From a bacterium (GTDB lineage: Bacteria; Patescibacteriota; Patescibacteriia; 2-01-FULL-39-33): DNA of 59,217 nucleotides. A program made the position numbers and the translations under genes. The notes beneath the pieces were generated by a model, which was not told where the DNA came from, ran no database searches, and was given only the letters and a program-made list of their open reading frames with translations. The stretch covers positions 1-59,217 of the forward strand of contig JBAXTU010000003.1 of assembly GCA_037130015.1 (NCBI GenBank), written 5' to 3'. How positions within the stretch are numbered: position 1 is the stretch's first letter; every line of letters starts with the position of its first letter. Of the stretch, positions 1 to 9,945 are shown piece by piece.

Positions 1-62
1 TTGAAAATGATAATAAAGAATTAGATAAATCAGATTTTTTAATAAGAGGGTTAGTTGAATTA

Positions 63-1262
63 TTGGATATATTAGATGATATTGATTTAAAAGGTAAAAA
101 AGATTTAGTGCGTGCAGACTTTAATGTACCGCTCGTCAATGGTCGAGTGGGGGCGAGCGAGGACTTTCGCATTGTTCGTACAGCTCCGACCATTGAATAT
201 TTGATTAAAAAAGGTGCCAAAGTTATTATTATGGCGCATCTTGGTCGTCCCGCCCATATTGCTTCGCAAAATATTGCGGGCAAGCTAGATTTTATAGTCA
301 ATCCAAAATTAAGCTTGAAACCAGTCGCCAAACGATTATCTCAAGTTATTAAAAAACCGGTAAAATTATCACCGGAAGTTATTGGCAAAGAAACAGACAA
401 ATTGGTTGCCAATTTAAAAAACGGTGAAGTTTTGTTGTTAGAAAATATCCGTTTTGATGCGCGAGAAGAAAAAGCCGACAAGGTTTTTACCAAACAACTC
501 TCAAAACTCGGTGATATTTTTGTTAATGACGGTTTTGCGGTCTCTCATCGCGACCAAGCTTCTGTTTCCACGATTCAACAATTTTTGCCATCTTATGCCG
601 GCTTGCTTTTGACTCAAGAAATTGATTATTTGAGTCGCGCCTTAAAAAATCCAAAAAAACCATTGGTCGTAATTATTGGTGGCGCCAAGATTTCCACCAA
701 AATGAAAGTGATTAAAAATTTCACCAAAGTTGCCAAACACATTCTTTTGGGCGGAGCTTTGGCTAATACTGTTTTGCATGTTATGGGTGTGTCCGTGGGA
801 AAATCAATGGTTGAACCGGAAATGTTCAAAGAAGTGAAGAAATTCAAATTAACTGACAACCAAATCGTGGTGCCAGTGGACGGTGTGATGGGCAAAAGCT
901 ATCAAAGTAAAATTGGTCACATGGATGCGTTGGCTGATATCAAGTCTAATGAATTGGTTTTGGACATTGGACCGGAAACTGTTAAATTGTATAGCAAAAT
1001 ACTCACCAGCGCCAAAATGGTGATGTGGAATGGGCCAATGGGACTGATTGAAAATCCACAGTTTGCCAAAGGCACCAAAGGTTTGATAAAATTTTTAGCA
1101 AATAGCCAGGCCGAAACCATTGTCGGTGGAGGCGAAACCGTGCAGATGATCCGTCGTATGAAATTGCAAGATAAATTTAGTTTTATTTCCACTGGCGGGG
1201 GAGCCATGTTGGAATTTTTGGAAGGCAAGAAAATGCCGGGATTAAGAAAAATAATTAAATAA
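63..1262 (+). CDS. pgk: phosphoglycerate kinase
   Basis: 399-aa ORF with the N-terminal KGKKDLVRADFNVPL motif and C-terminal STGGGAMLEFLEGK motif typical of PGK. The start is TTG, with a purine-rich AGAGGG about 12 nt upstream and an in-frame stop at 42-44. Confidence 0.94.
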   Translation: MDILDDIDLKGKKDLVRADFNVPLVNGRVGASEDFRIVRTAPTIEYLIKKGAKVIIMAHLGRPAHIASQNIAGKLDFIVNPKLSLKPVAKRLSQVIKKPVKLSPEVIGKETDKLVANLKNGEVLLLENIRFDAREEKADKVFTKQLSKLGDIFVNDGFAVSHRDQASVSTIQQFLPSYAGLLLTQEIDYLSRALKNPKKPLVVIIGGAKISTKMKVIKNFTKVAKHILLGGALANTVLHVMGVSVGKSMVEPEMFKEVKKFKLTDNQIVVPVDGVMGKSYQSKIGHMDALADIKSNELVLDIGPETVKLYSKILTSAKMVMWNGPMGLIENPQFAKGTKGLIKFLANSQAETIVGGGETVQMIRRMKLQDKFSFISTGGGAMLEFLEGKKMPGLRKIIK

Positions 1263-1275
1263 TTAAAAAAATAAT

Positions 1276-2088
1276 ATGGAGGAACAACAACATTCAATTT
1301 GCGGTGCTGGCGGTTGCCATGGTCATCATCTTATTCATTTGGCCAAACATGCTATTCTTGGTATTTTAGTTTTGGCTCTGATTATTTATGTCAGTGCTTT
1401 GACAAAAAATGCTATTCGTCAATATGATTATATTGGCAAGACACTAGATGCTAAAGATTTAGTGACAGTCACTGGCGAAGGCAAGGTGACGGCTACGCCC
1501 GATGTAGCTGTATTAAGTATTGGTGTTATTAGTGAAGCGCCAACTGTGGCTCAGGCTACCAAAGATAATACTGACAAAATGAATAAAATTATTGAAGCTA
1601 TAAAAAACCAATTTCAAGTTGAGGATAAGGATTTAAAAACCGAAGCTTATAGTGTCAGTCCTAGGTATAATTGGACCAATAACCAACAAAAAATAATTGG
1701 TTATGGTGTTAATCAAGATTTGCAGGTAAAAATGAGAAACTTTGATAAAGTTGGTGATTTATTAGGTCAGTCAACAATCCTTGGTGCTAATAGCGTGAGT
1801 GGGCCTCAGTTTATTATTGATGATCCGGAAAAAGCCAAAGCCGAGGCTAGAGCCAAAGCCATTGCTCAAGCCAAAGAAAAAGCCAAAGTTTTGTCCGAAC
1901 AGGTTGGTATTGGGTTGGGGAGAATTGTTAATTTCAGTGAAGATGGTGGTAATTATGTGATGCCCATGTATAGATCAATGGCTGTAGCTGATTCTGCTGG
2001 CTCAGCAATGATTAAATCATCTCCGGATATTCAAGTTGGCAGTCAGGATATTACGGTGGATGTGAGTATTAGTTATCAAATCAGATAA
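1276..2088 (+). CDS. SIMPL/DUF541 domain membrane-anchored protein
   Basis: N-terminal TM helix (AILGILVLALIIYV) followed by VTVTGEGKVTATPDVAVLSIGV and a C-terminal ITVDVSISYQI strand. This layout matches SIMPL (26-kDa periplasmic immunogenic protein) family members. Confidence 0.75.
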   Translation: MEEQQHSICGAGGCHGHHLIHLAKHAILGILVLALIIYVSALTKNAIRQYDYIGKTLDAKDLVTVTGEGKVTATPDVAVLSIGVISEAPTVAQATKDNTDKMNKIIEAIKNQFQVEDKDLKTEAYSVSPRYNWTNNQQKIIGYGVNQDLQVKMRNFDKVGDLLGQSTILGANSVSGPQFIIDDPEKAKAEARAKAIAQAKEKAKVLSEQVGIGLGRIVNFSEDGGNYVMPMYRSMAVADSAGSAMIKSSPDIQVGSQDITVDVSISYQIR

Positions 2089-2104
2089 AAAATAATTTAA
2101 AATC

Positions 2105-2734
2105 ATGAAATTTTCATTAAATCATAAAGCGTCATTTATTTTTGTGTTGCTGATAGTTTGTTTTTTAGTGCCTTTAAAAAGTATGGCGCAGGTTAGCACT
2201 ACTGTTTCTAGTACTGCTCCTGATTTGAATATAACTTTAAATCTTCCTTCTAAAGCAGTTTTGGGATCTGGAGCTATGATTAGTGCGTTAATAAAAGATT
2301 TAAATAATTCCAATCCGGAAATTCAAAGTATTATTACTTCAATTATTAGTAATAATCAAAGTTTAATTGTGGACACTAGAAATGCAGTTCAAAATATTGG
2401 TCCCGATGGTTTGAATTATAAATTTAATGTTGATGCTTCAAAATTTAATTTGGGTAAAAATAGTGTGATGGTTAAGGTTAATGTCGGCACTAGCACCGAA
2501 AGTAGTTCAACTGCCTCTATTAATGTTGTTTCTAATAAAAATGTTAAAATTCCATATGGCAATGGTACTATTTTGATTAGTAAGTTTTCTGGTCGTGCTT
2601 ATTTGGTTAAAGATAAAATGAAGCAGTATATTAGCACTATTGAGGAATTAAAAAAATATCGTAAGAATAGAAGTATTAAGGTTAGTGATAATATTTTGAG
2701 TTTGTATCAGGATTTTATTACCAAACAAAAATAA
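2105..2734 (+). CDS. secreted hypothetical protein with a C-terminal ~45-aa module shared with ORF 54252-56576
   Basis: Signal-peptide-like N-terminus (FIFVLLIVCFLVPLKSMAQ). I recognise no family. The C-terminal GTILISKFSGRAYLVKDKMKQYISTIEELKKY...ILSLYQD resembles two modules at the C-terminus of the 774-aa protein. Confidence 0.6.
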   Translation: MKFSLNHKASFIFVLLIVCFLVPLKSMAQVSTTVSSTAPDLNITLNLPSKAVLGSGAMISALIKDLNNSNPEIQSIITSIISNNQSLIVDTRNAVQNIGPDGLNYKFNVDASKFNLGKNSVMVKVNVGTSTESSSTASINVVSNKNVKIPYGNGTILISKFSGRAYLVKDKMKQYISTIEELKKYRKNRSIKVSDNILSLYQDFITKQK

Positions 2735-2756
2735 AAAATAAATAAGATATAAAAAC

Positions 2757-4007
2757 ATGGCAAAAATTGCATCAATCAAGGGGAGGGAAATTTTAGATTC
2801 TCGCGGTAATCCGACCGTGGAAGTGGAAGTTGTTTTGGACAATGGTAAAAAAGCCTGGGCTGGAGTGCCCTCCGGAGCCTCTACGGGCTCGCGTGAAGCG
2901 TTGGAGCTTCGTGATGGCGATTCTGGCCGGTATGGCGGAAAAGGCGTTTTAAACGCAGTTAAAAACGTTAATGAAATTATAGCGCCAAAATTGATTGGCA
3001 TGGAAGCCGATGAACAAAAAGCCATTGATGACTTGATGATTAGTCTTGATGGCACAGAAAATAAATCAAAATTAGGTGCCAACGCCATGCTCGGCGTGTC
3101 CATGGCTGTGGCTCGTACGGCTGCTTTTTCAGCTGGTCAGCCGTTGTATGTTTATTTGAATGCCAAATATTGGACTGGCAAAGCCCTGACTTTCCCAGTG
3201 CCCATGATGAATATTATGAACGGTGGCGCTCATGCTGGCTGGTCCATTGATATTCAAGAATTTATGATCACGCCACAACAAAGCAATATCAAAGAAGCCA
3301 TCCGTTGTGGAGCCGAAGTTTTTCATGCGCTCAAAAAATTATTGTCGGCTGATAATTTTCCTGTCACCGTTGGTGATGAAGGCGGTTATGCGCCAAAGCT
3401 TGGTGGCAATGAAAAAGCGCTTGAGCTGATTGAAAAAGCTATTGCTTCTGCTGGTTATAAATTAGGGGAAAATGTAAAGCTGGCCATTGACAGCGCCGCT
3501 TCGGAATTTTTTGCTGATGGCAAATATGATATGAAAGCTGATCAAAAAATCAGAACTGCTGAAGAAATGATTGAAATGTATAGCGCTTGGTGCGAAAAAT
3601 ATCCTATTCAATCATTAGAAGACGGTTTGGCTGAAGGTGATTGGGATGGCTGGGCCAAGCTTACTGAAAAATTAGGTGGCAAGATTTCTTTGGTCGGTGA
3701 TGATTTGTTCGTCACCAATCCAAAAATTTTGCGTGAAGGCATTGATAAAAAAGTTGCCAATGCTATTTTAATCAAATTAAATCAAATCGGTACTTTGAGC
3801 GAAACTGTGGAGGCTATGCAACTCGCCCAGGCTAATAATTACAAATTGGCTGTTAGTCACAGAAGTGGCGAGACTCCAGATGATTTTATTTCTGATTTGG
3901 CTGTGGCCTCTGGCGCTGAATATATCAAGACTGGCTCACTCAGTCGCGGTGAACGAGTGTCCAAATATAATCGGTTGATGGAGATTTGGGATGAACTGGG
4001 AAAATAA
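2757..4007 (+). CDS. eno: enolase
   Basis: 416 aa. Carries the canonical enolase signatures REILDSRGNPTVEVEV, SHRSGETPD and IKTGSLSRGERVSKYNRL. Confidence 0.97.
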   Translation: MAKIASIKGREILDSRGNPTVEVEVVLDNGKKAWAGVPSGASTGSREALELRDGDSGRYGGKGVLNAVKNVNEIIAPKLIGMEADEQKAIDDLMISLDGTENKSKLGANAMLGVSMAVARTAAFSAGQPLYVYLNAKYWTGKALTFPVPMMNIMNGGAHAGWSIDIQEFMITPQQSNIKEAIRCGAEVFHALKKLLSADNFPVTVGDEGGYAPKLGGNEKALELIEKAIASAGYKLGENVKLAIDSAASEFFADGKYDMKADQKIRTAEEMIEMYSAWCEKYPIQSLEDGLAEGDWDGWAKLTEKLGGKISLVGDDLFVTNPKILREGIDKKVANAILIKLNQIGTLSETVEAMQLAQANNYKLAVSHRSGETPDDFISDLAVASGAEYIKTGSLSRGERVSKYNRLMEIWDELGK

Positions 4008-4021
4008 AAATATTCTAAAAT

Positions 4022-4051
4022 AAAAAAGAGCGTTTAAAAGCGCTCTTTTTT
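4022..4051 (+). terminator. intrinsic terminator after eno
   Basis: GAGCGT/GCGCTC stem (4028-4033 / 4040-4045) followed by a T-run at 4046-4051. Confidence 0.7.
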
Positions 4052-4096
4052 AGTTGACTAAAATGTGATATAATAAGACAAAATTAAGTTGAATAA

Positions 4097-5686
4097 ATGA
4101 CTGCTAAAAAAACAACCCTGCCTATCCGGCAGGCAGGTAAAAATTTAAAATCAACCAAGGTTGTTTTGTTGGTTCTTGACGGTTGGGGGTTGGGAAGGGA
4201 TGACAAAAGCAATCCTATATATGTCGCCAAGACGCCATTTATGGATTCGTTGTATAAAAAATATCCCAACACACGGATTTGCGCTTCGGGCAAATGTGTT
4301 GGTTTGCCAATAGATCAGGTGGGTAATTCCGAAGCTGGTCATATTAATTTGGGTGCTGGCCGGATTGTTGATCAGGACATAGTCAAAATTTCCAAAGCTA
4401 TTAATACTGGAGAATTTTTGAAGAATCCGGCTTTTGGCGCGGCCATTCATCATGTTAAAAAAAGAAAATCAGCTTTACATATCATGGGATTGCTCTCAAA
4501 TAATCAGAGTCCGCATAGCGATCCTGATCATTTGCTGGCGCTCATCACTTTGGCTAGAAAAAACAAAGTTAAAAAAGTTTATCTTCATTTGTTTACTGAT
4601 GGCCGTGATAGTCCTCAGCGCGGGGCATTAGAGTCTGTTATGGCGCTAGAAAGATTTTTACGTCCCAATGAAATCATTGCTACTATTATCGGACGTTTTT
4701 ATGCCATGGATAGGAAGAAAATGTGGAAACGAACACTTTGGGCATATGATGCTATGACGAGTGGCCGTGGCCACAAAGCCAATAGTCCGCAAGCTGGTAT
4801 TAGTCGCGCTTATAATGCCAATGTCACCGACGAATTTATTGAGCCGATTGTGATGTATAAAAAAGGTAAAATGGTGCCACGCATCAGTGATGGCGATGCT
4901 GTTGTATTTTTCAATCTTCGCAGTGATCGTGCGCGACAGCTCACCAAGCCTTTTGTTCAAGATGATTTTGAAGCTAAAAATTCAGGTTCTTCCAAGCGTC
5001 AAGAAATTTTACAGAATTTAACTTTCGTGGCTATGACTGATTTTGGTCCGGACTTGGACAGTATTTTGACAGCTTTTCCTTCGGAAGATGTTAAAGACAG
5101 CTTGGTTAAGGTTCTTAAAAATAAAAAACAAATTTATATTGCTGAGAGTGAAAAATATGCGCATGTCACTTTTTTCTTTAATGGTGGCTATGCCGATCCT
5201 ATTGCCGGTGAAAAACGTGTGAATATTCCTTCACCTGATGTTGATTCATACGACCAAACACCGCTCATGTCCACGGCCAAAATCGCTTCGCGCATTATTT
5301 CATCGCTAAAAAAATACGATTTTATTATGGCTAATTTTGCTTGCCCGGATATGGTGGGGCACACTGGCAATTTTGAGGCTTGCGTCAAAGCAGTGGAGGG
5401 TGTGGATAAATATGTCAAAAAAGTGGCGCAAAATGTGCTAAAAAACAACAGTATCTTGATAATTACGGCCGATCATGGTAATGTTGAGTACAAGCTCAAT
5501 TTGGAAACAAAAGAAATTATGACCGAGCATACAACCAATCCAGTGCCGTTTATTGTGGTTGGTCGTGATAAACAAAAAGGCAAAAGATTTCCCGCCGATG
5601 GTATTCTTGGTAATGTAGCGCCAACTATTTTGAAATTTTTTGGAATTAAAAAAAATAAATTAATGAGTAAGAAAAGTTTAATTTAA
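4097..5686 (+). CDS. gpmI: 2,3-bisphosphoglycerate-independent phosphoglycerate mutase, copy 1
   Basis: 529 aa with iPGM motifs LDGWG, GNSEAGH (catalytic Ser), TDGRD, HVTFFFNGG, DMVGHTG and TADHGN. An extended -10 (TGATATAAT, 4066-4074) lies upstream. Confidence 0.92.
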   Translation: MTAKKTTLPIRQAGKNLKSTKVVLLVLDGWGLGRDDKSNPIYVAKTPFMDSLYKKYPNTRICASGKCVGLPIDQVGNSEAGHINLGAGRIVDQDIVKISKAINTGEFLKNPAFGAAIHHVKKRKSALHIMGLLSNNQSPHSDPDHLLALITLARKNKVKKVYLHLFTDGRDSPQRGALESVMALERFLRPNEIIATIIGRFYAMDRKKMWKRTLWAYDAMTSGRGHKANSPQAGISRAYNANVTDEFIEPIVMYKKGKMVPRISDGDAVVFFNLRSDRARQLTKPFVQDDFEAKNSGSSKRQEILQNLTFVAMTDFGPDLDSILTAFPSEDVKDSLVKVLKNKKQIYIAESEKYAHVTFFFNGGYADPIAGEKRVNIPSPDVDSYDQTPLMSTAKIASRIISSLKKYDFIMANFACPDMVGHTGNFEACVKAVEGVDKYVKKVAQNVLKNNSILIITADHGNVEYKLNLETKEIMTEHTTNPVPFIVVGRDKQKGKRFPADGILGNVAPTILKFFGIKKNKLMSKKSLI

Positions 5687-5694
5687 ATTTTATT

Positions 5695-7293
5695 ATGCCA
5701 GACTTAGATAATCAACCAACACGCCCCAAGCCAGTTATTTTAATAATTTTAGATGGCTGGGGTATTGCTCCGCCCTCCCGTGGCAATGCCATTACTTTGG
5801 CCAAGACGCCTACACTTAGCGGACTCATCAAAACTTATCCTGCCATGACACTTCAAGCCTCGGGTGAAGCTGTTGGTTTGTCGTGGGGAGAAATTGGCAA
5901 TTCCGAAGTGGGGCACATGAATCTTGGTTCAGGCAAATTAATTTATCAAAATTTGCCATTAATCAACAAAACCATAGCCGACGGTTCGTTTTTCCAAAAT
6001 GAAAAATTTTTAGGAGCCATTGAACATGCCAAAAAAAATAAATCAGCTTTGCATATTATGGGCCTCACTTCCAGTGGTGGTGTGCATAGCTCTATTGAGC
6101 ATCTTTATGCTTTGCTTGAACTTTGTGCCAAACACAAATTCAAGAATGTTTTTATTCATGCTTTTGTGGATGGACGCGACATGCCTTATAACTCTGGCAT
6201 TGATTTTATTAATGACATAAAAAGTAAAATTAAAGAGTATGGCGTAGGCAAGATTGCCACTGTTTCTGGTCGTTTTTATGCCATGGATAGGGATAATCAT
6301 TGGGAACGCGTGGTTTTGGCCTATAAAGCCATGGCCGAGGGGCAGTCGGAAAATAAATTTACAGATCCTGCCGAAGCAGTACAGGCTTCTTATGACAAAA
6401 AAATTTATGACGAAGAAATGGTGCCTATTGTTATTATGGAAAAAGATCAGCCCGTGGCTACTATAAAATCTGGCGACTCCATGATTTTTTTCAATTATAG
6501 ATCTGATCGTGCCAGAGAAATTACCAAGGCATTTGTGTTGCCTGGTTTTGAAAAATTTCCCCGTGAGTATGCTTCTGATTTATATTTTGTGGCCATGAAT
6601 GAATATGAAAAAGATTTGCCAGTTGAAGTGGCCTTTCCGCCAGAAACTATTCATGAGCCACTCGCTAAAATAATTTCTGAAGCCGGACTTAGTCAATTGC
6701 ATATTGCCGAAACAGAAAAATACGCGCATGTCACTTTTTTCTTTAATGGCGGATTAGAAACGCAATTTGAGGGTGAAGAGAGAATTTTAGTGCCATCTCC
6801 TCGTGTGGCTTCATACGCAGAATTGCCAGAAATGTCAGCCAAGGAAATAACAAAAAAAGTGGTCAAAGAAATCATGGATGAAAAATACGATTTTATAGTT
6901 CTTAATTTTGCCAATGCTGACATGGTTGGACATACGGGTGATCTTAAGGCCACAATCAAGGCTTGCCAGACAATTGATAATTGCTTAAAACAAATTATTG
7001 AAGTGGTGCTAGGCAAGGGAGGCGTGGCACTACTGACAGCTGACCATGGCAATGCTGAAGAGTTGGTTAATTTGCAATCAGGAAAAATAGACAAAGAACA
7101 TAGCACTTACCCGGTGCCGTTTATTATTGTTGGGAAACAATGGGAAGGCAAAACCGGCGGATTGGCTGATGTGCCCAATTCTGATTTGAGTTTGGTTCAG
7201 CCGTCAGGCTTGCTTTCTGATGTAGCTCCGACTATTTTAAAAATTCTTGATCTGCCAGAACCGTCGGAAATGACTGGACAGTCGTTGGTTTAG
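5695..7293 (+). CDS. gpmI: 2,3-bisphosphoglycerate-independent phosphoglycerate mutase, copy 2
   Basis: 532 aa with the same iPGM motif set (LDGWG, GNSEVGH, VDGRD, HVTFFFNGG, NADMVGHTG, TADHGN). It starts 8 nt after copy 1 ends. Confidence 0.94.
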   Translation: MPDLDNQPTRPKPVILIILDGWGIAPPSRGNAITLAKTPTLSGLIKTYPAMTLQASGEAVGLSWGEIGNSEVGHMNLGSGKLIYQNLPLINKTIADGSFFQNEKFLGAIEHAKKNKSALHIMGLTSSGGVHSSIEHLYALLELCAKHKFKNVFIHAFVDGRDMPYNSGIDFINDIKSKIKEYGVGKIATVSGRFYAMDRDNHWERVVLAYKAMAEGQSENKFTDPAEAVQASYDKKIYDEEMVPIVIMEKDQPVATIKSGDSMIFFNYRSDRAREITKAFVLPGFEKFPREYASDLYFVAMNEYEKDLPVEVAFPPETIHEPLAKIISEAGLSQLHIAETEKYAHVTFFFNGGLETQFEGEERILVPSPRVASYAELPEMSAKEITKKVVKEIMDEKYDFIVLNFANADMVGHTGDLKATIKACQTIDNCLKQIIEVVLGKGGVALLTADHGNAEELVNLQSGKIDKEHSTYPVPFIIVGKQWEGKTGGLADVPNSDLSLVQPSGLLSDVAPTILKILDLPEPSEMTGQSLV

Positions 7294-7391
7294 GCATTTG
7301 TTTCAGATAATCGCAATCAGCTCGCCCAGTGGCGCGCTTTTTTGTTTTGGCACTTGATTTTTTTGTCTAAAAATGATATTTTATAACTATT

Positions 7392-8897
7392 ATGACTAGA
7401 ACAAAATTTTATCAAAGACTGGCCGAAATATTTCCAGCCAGCACTATTTGGCTCACTTTTGCCGCCGCTATTATTTTATCTTTTGCCCAGCCACTTTGGG
7501 CGATTTATTTTGTAATTATTTTTGTAGTTTATTGGATTGTCCGTTTGTTTTATATGATGGTTTGGCTGGTTTTGTCTTGGTTTAAATATCGTCGTGATAT
7601 AAAAGTTGACTGGTTTAATGAATTAAAAAAATTAGATAAAAATTATCTTGAGTATTATCACATTATTACTTTCCCCACTTACAAAGAACCGCTAGAAGTG
7701 ATAGAAAGATCTTTTCAGGCACTGGTAGATAGTCATTATCCCAAAGATAAAATGATCGTAGCGCTGGGCGGTGAAGATCGTGATCGGGAAAATTTTGAAA
7801 TTATTGCTGAAAAAATTAGAGCTAAATTCGGCAATCAATTTTTCAGACTGCTCACTACCGTGCATGTGCGTCAAGATGATGAATTGCCGGGCAAGGGGAG
7901 TAATGTGCATTTCATGGAATTAAATTTGAAAAAAGAAATTGATTCTTTGAATTTAGAATATGAAAAAATAATCGTATCTTGTTTTGATATTGAGACTTTG
8001 CCTCACAATCAATACTTTGCATACTTGACACACAAATATCTAACCCATCCCAATCCAACTCACGCCAGTTATCAGCCTCTCATTTTGTATAACAATAATA
8101 TTTGGGAATCAAATCCGATTATCAGAGTGGTTGCTTCGGCCACGACTTTTTGGCTGTTGACAGATTTATCACGGCCCGACAGATTGCTGACTTTTTCGTC
8201 TCATAGTATGAGTTGGAAAATGTTGGTTGATGTTGGCTTTCATGACAAGACTATTGTCACGGAGGATTCGCGTATTTGTTTGCAAGCCATGGTGCATTAT
8301 GATGGCGACTATGAAGTTGTGCCAATGTTTACAACTTTGTCCATGGATACTGTTTATATTGGTGATTTAAAACGCAGTTTAGTTAATCAATATAAACAAA
8401 TGCAACGCTGGGGCTGGGGAGTGGAACATTTTCCTTGGATGTGGGATAATTTTTTCGGCTCTCATGCTAATCGCAAAATTCCTTTTAAAAAACGATCATT
8501 ATATCTTTGGAACCAATTTGAAGGTATGTATTCTTGGGCTGTTTCTCCTTTGCTTATTTTTATTGTCGGCCGTTTGCCATTAATTATGGCGGACTCATCT
8601 GACAAAACCACGGCTTTTTTTCAGAATGCGCCCAAGACTTTGGAAATGTTGATGACAGTCGGCATGACCGGATTGATCGTAAATTCTATTATGTACACTT
8701 TGATGTTGCCAGGTAGGCCAGAAGGTTATGGACGATTAAATTATTTTATTATGGTTTTGCAATGGGTGATTTTCCCATTTACTATGATAATATTTGGTTC
8801 TTTTCCAGCTACAGATGCTCAAACACGCCTTTTGCTTGGTGGTAAATATCGTCTCGGTTTTTGGGTGACTGAAAAAGTAATTAAAGATAAAAAATAA
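7392..8897 (+). CDS. membrane-embedded family-2 glycosyltransferase, probably processive synthase-like
   Basis: 501 aa. TM helices lie at the N- and C-termini. The cytoplasmic core has PTYKEP, GGEDRD, FDIET and a QMQRWGWG (QxxRW) motif, as in cellulose/chitin-synthase-like GT2 enzymes. Confidence 0.78.
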   Translation: MTRTKFYQRLAEIFPASTIWLTFAAAIILSFAQPLWAIYFVIIFVVYWIVRLFYMMVWLVLSWFKYRRDIKVDWFNELKKLDKNYLEYYHIITFPTYKEPLEVIERSFQALVDSHYPKDKMIVALGGEDRDRENFEIIAEKIRAKFGNQFFRLLTTVHVRQDDELPGKGSNVHFMELNLKKEIDSLNLEYEKIIVSCFDIETLPHNQYFAYLTHKYLTHPNPTHASYQPLILYNNNIWESNPIIRVVASATTFWLLTDLSRPDRLLTFSSHSMSWKMLVDVGFHDKTIVTEDSRICLQAMVHYDGDYEVVPMFTTLSMDTVYIGDLKRSLVNQYKQMQRWGWGVEHFPWMWDNFFGSHANRKIPFKKRSLYLWNQFEGMYSWAVSPLLIFIVGRLPLIMADSSDKTTAFFQNAPKTLEMLMTVGMTGLIVNSIMYTLMLPGRPEGYGRLNYFIMVLQWVIFPFTMIIFGSFPATDAQTRLLLGGKYRLGFWVTEKVIKDKK

Positions 8898-9934
8898 TGT
8901 CCTTCCCTAAAGTCACAATCCAGCTGGTCACCTATAACAGCGCAAAATATTTGCCGGAATGTTTGCAGTCTATTTTTAATCAGACTTATCGTGATTTTCA
9001 GGTTTTGGTTATAGATAATAATTCTCAAGATAATACGGTAGAATATTTGCGTCGCAACTGGCCTCAAGTGGCTGTGTTTCAGAACAAGCATAATGTTGGT
9101 TTTCCCAAGGCTCATAATCAGGGCATTCAGCTTCTCAAGTCTCCTTATGTTTTATTATGTAATATTGATGTGGTTTTAGAAGATGATTGGCTGGAAAAAA
9201 TAATGATTGAAGTAGAAAGTGAAAAAAATTCTCAGGTCGCATCATTTGGTGGAAAATTATTAAAGTTAAAACTTTTGTCCGGAGAAATTTGGGAACTTCA
9301 AAAAACCGATATAATAGATTCTTGTGGTTTAAAATTATTAAAGAATCATCAAGTGGTGGAACTTGGTAGCGGTGAGTCAAAAGAAAATTTTACTCATCAA
9401 CAAAAAGTGTTCGGACACTCAGGTGCCTTGGTAATGTTGCGTCGTTTGGCGCTAGAAGAAATTGCTATTCAACTTAAAGGACAAAATGTGCCGGAATATT
9501 TTGATGAGGATTTTTTCTTGTATAAAGAAGATGTTGATTTAGAATGGCGTTTGCAATTGGCTGGTTGGTCGGCTTTATTTGTGCCAGAGGCTGTAGCTTA
9601 TCATATCAGGGCGCTCGCTGGTACTGAGGGGCAGAAGATTATGGAAATAATTAAAAATAAAAAAAAGCAATCACCATTATCAAAATATTATTCTTATCAA
9701 AATCATTTTTTATTGATTATTAAAAACGAATTCGGAAAAAATATTTTTAAATATTTGCCCCAGCTTATGTGGTATGAATTTAAAAAGTTTATTTATATTT
9801 TATTTTTTGAAATCAAAAATCTAAAAGCTATTATAAAAGTTTTTCAATTATGGCCACGTATGAATAAAAAGAGAAGTTTGATTCTTGGCCGAGCCAAAGT
9901 TAAAGCCGAAGATATAAGGCATTGGATAAATTAA
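8897..9934 (+). CDS. family-2 glycosyltransferase
   Basis: N-terminal VTIQLVTYNSAKYLPECLQSIFNQTY...VIDNNSQDNT is a typical GT2 Rossmann start. The ATG overlaps the upstream stop (TAATG). Confidence 0.85.
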   Translation: MSFPKVTIQLVTYNSAKYLPECLQSIFNQTYRDFQVLVIDNNSQDNTVEYLRRNWPQVAVFQNKHNVGFPKAHNQGIQLLKSPYVLLCNIDVVLEDDWLEKIMIEVESEKNSQVASFGGKLLKLKLLSGEIWELQKTDIIDSCGLKLLKNHQVVELGSGESKENFTHQQKVFGHSGALVMLRRLALEEIAIQLKGQNVPEYFDEDFFLYKEDVDLEWRLQLAGWSALFVPEAVAYHIRALAGTEGQKIMEIIKNKKKQSPLSKYYSYQNHFLLIIKNEFGKNIFKYLPQLMWYEFKKFIYILFFEIKNLKAIIKVFQLWPRMNKKRSLILGRAKVKAEDIRHWIN

Positions 9935-9945
9935 ATTTATTTAAA

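Noticed and set aside
4054-4074. TTGACT at 4054-4059 could be the -35 box for gpmI copy 1.
   Set aside because: Only 9 nt separate it from the TATAAT at 4069-4074, which is too short. The extended -10 (TGATATAAT) alone is the more plausible promoter element, so I reported no full promoter feature.
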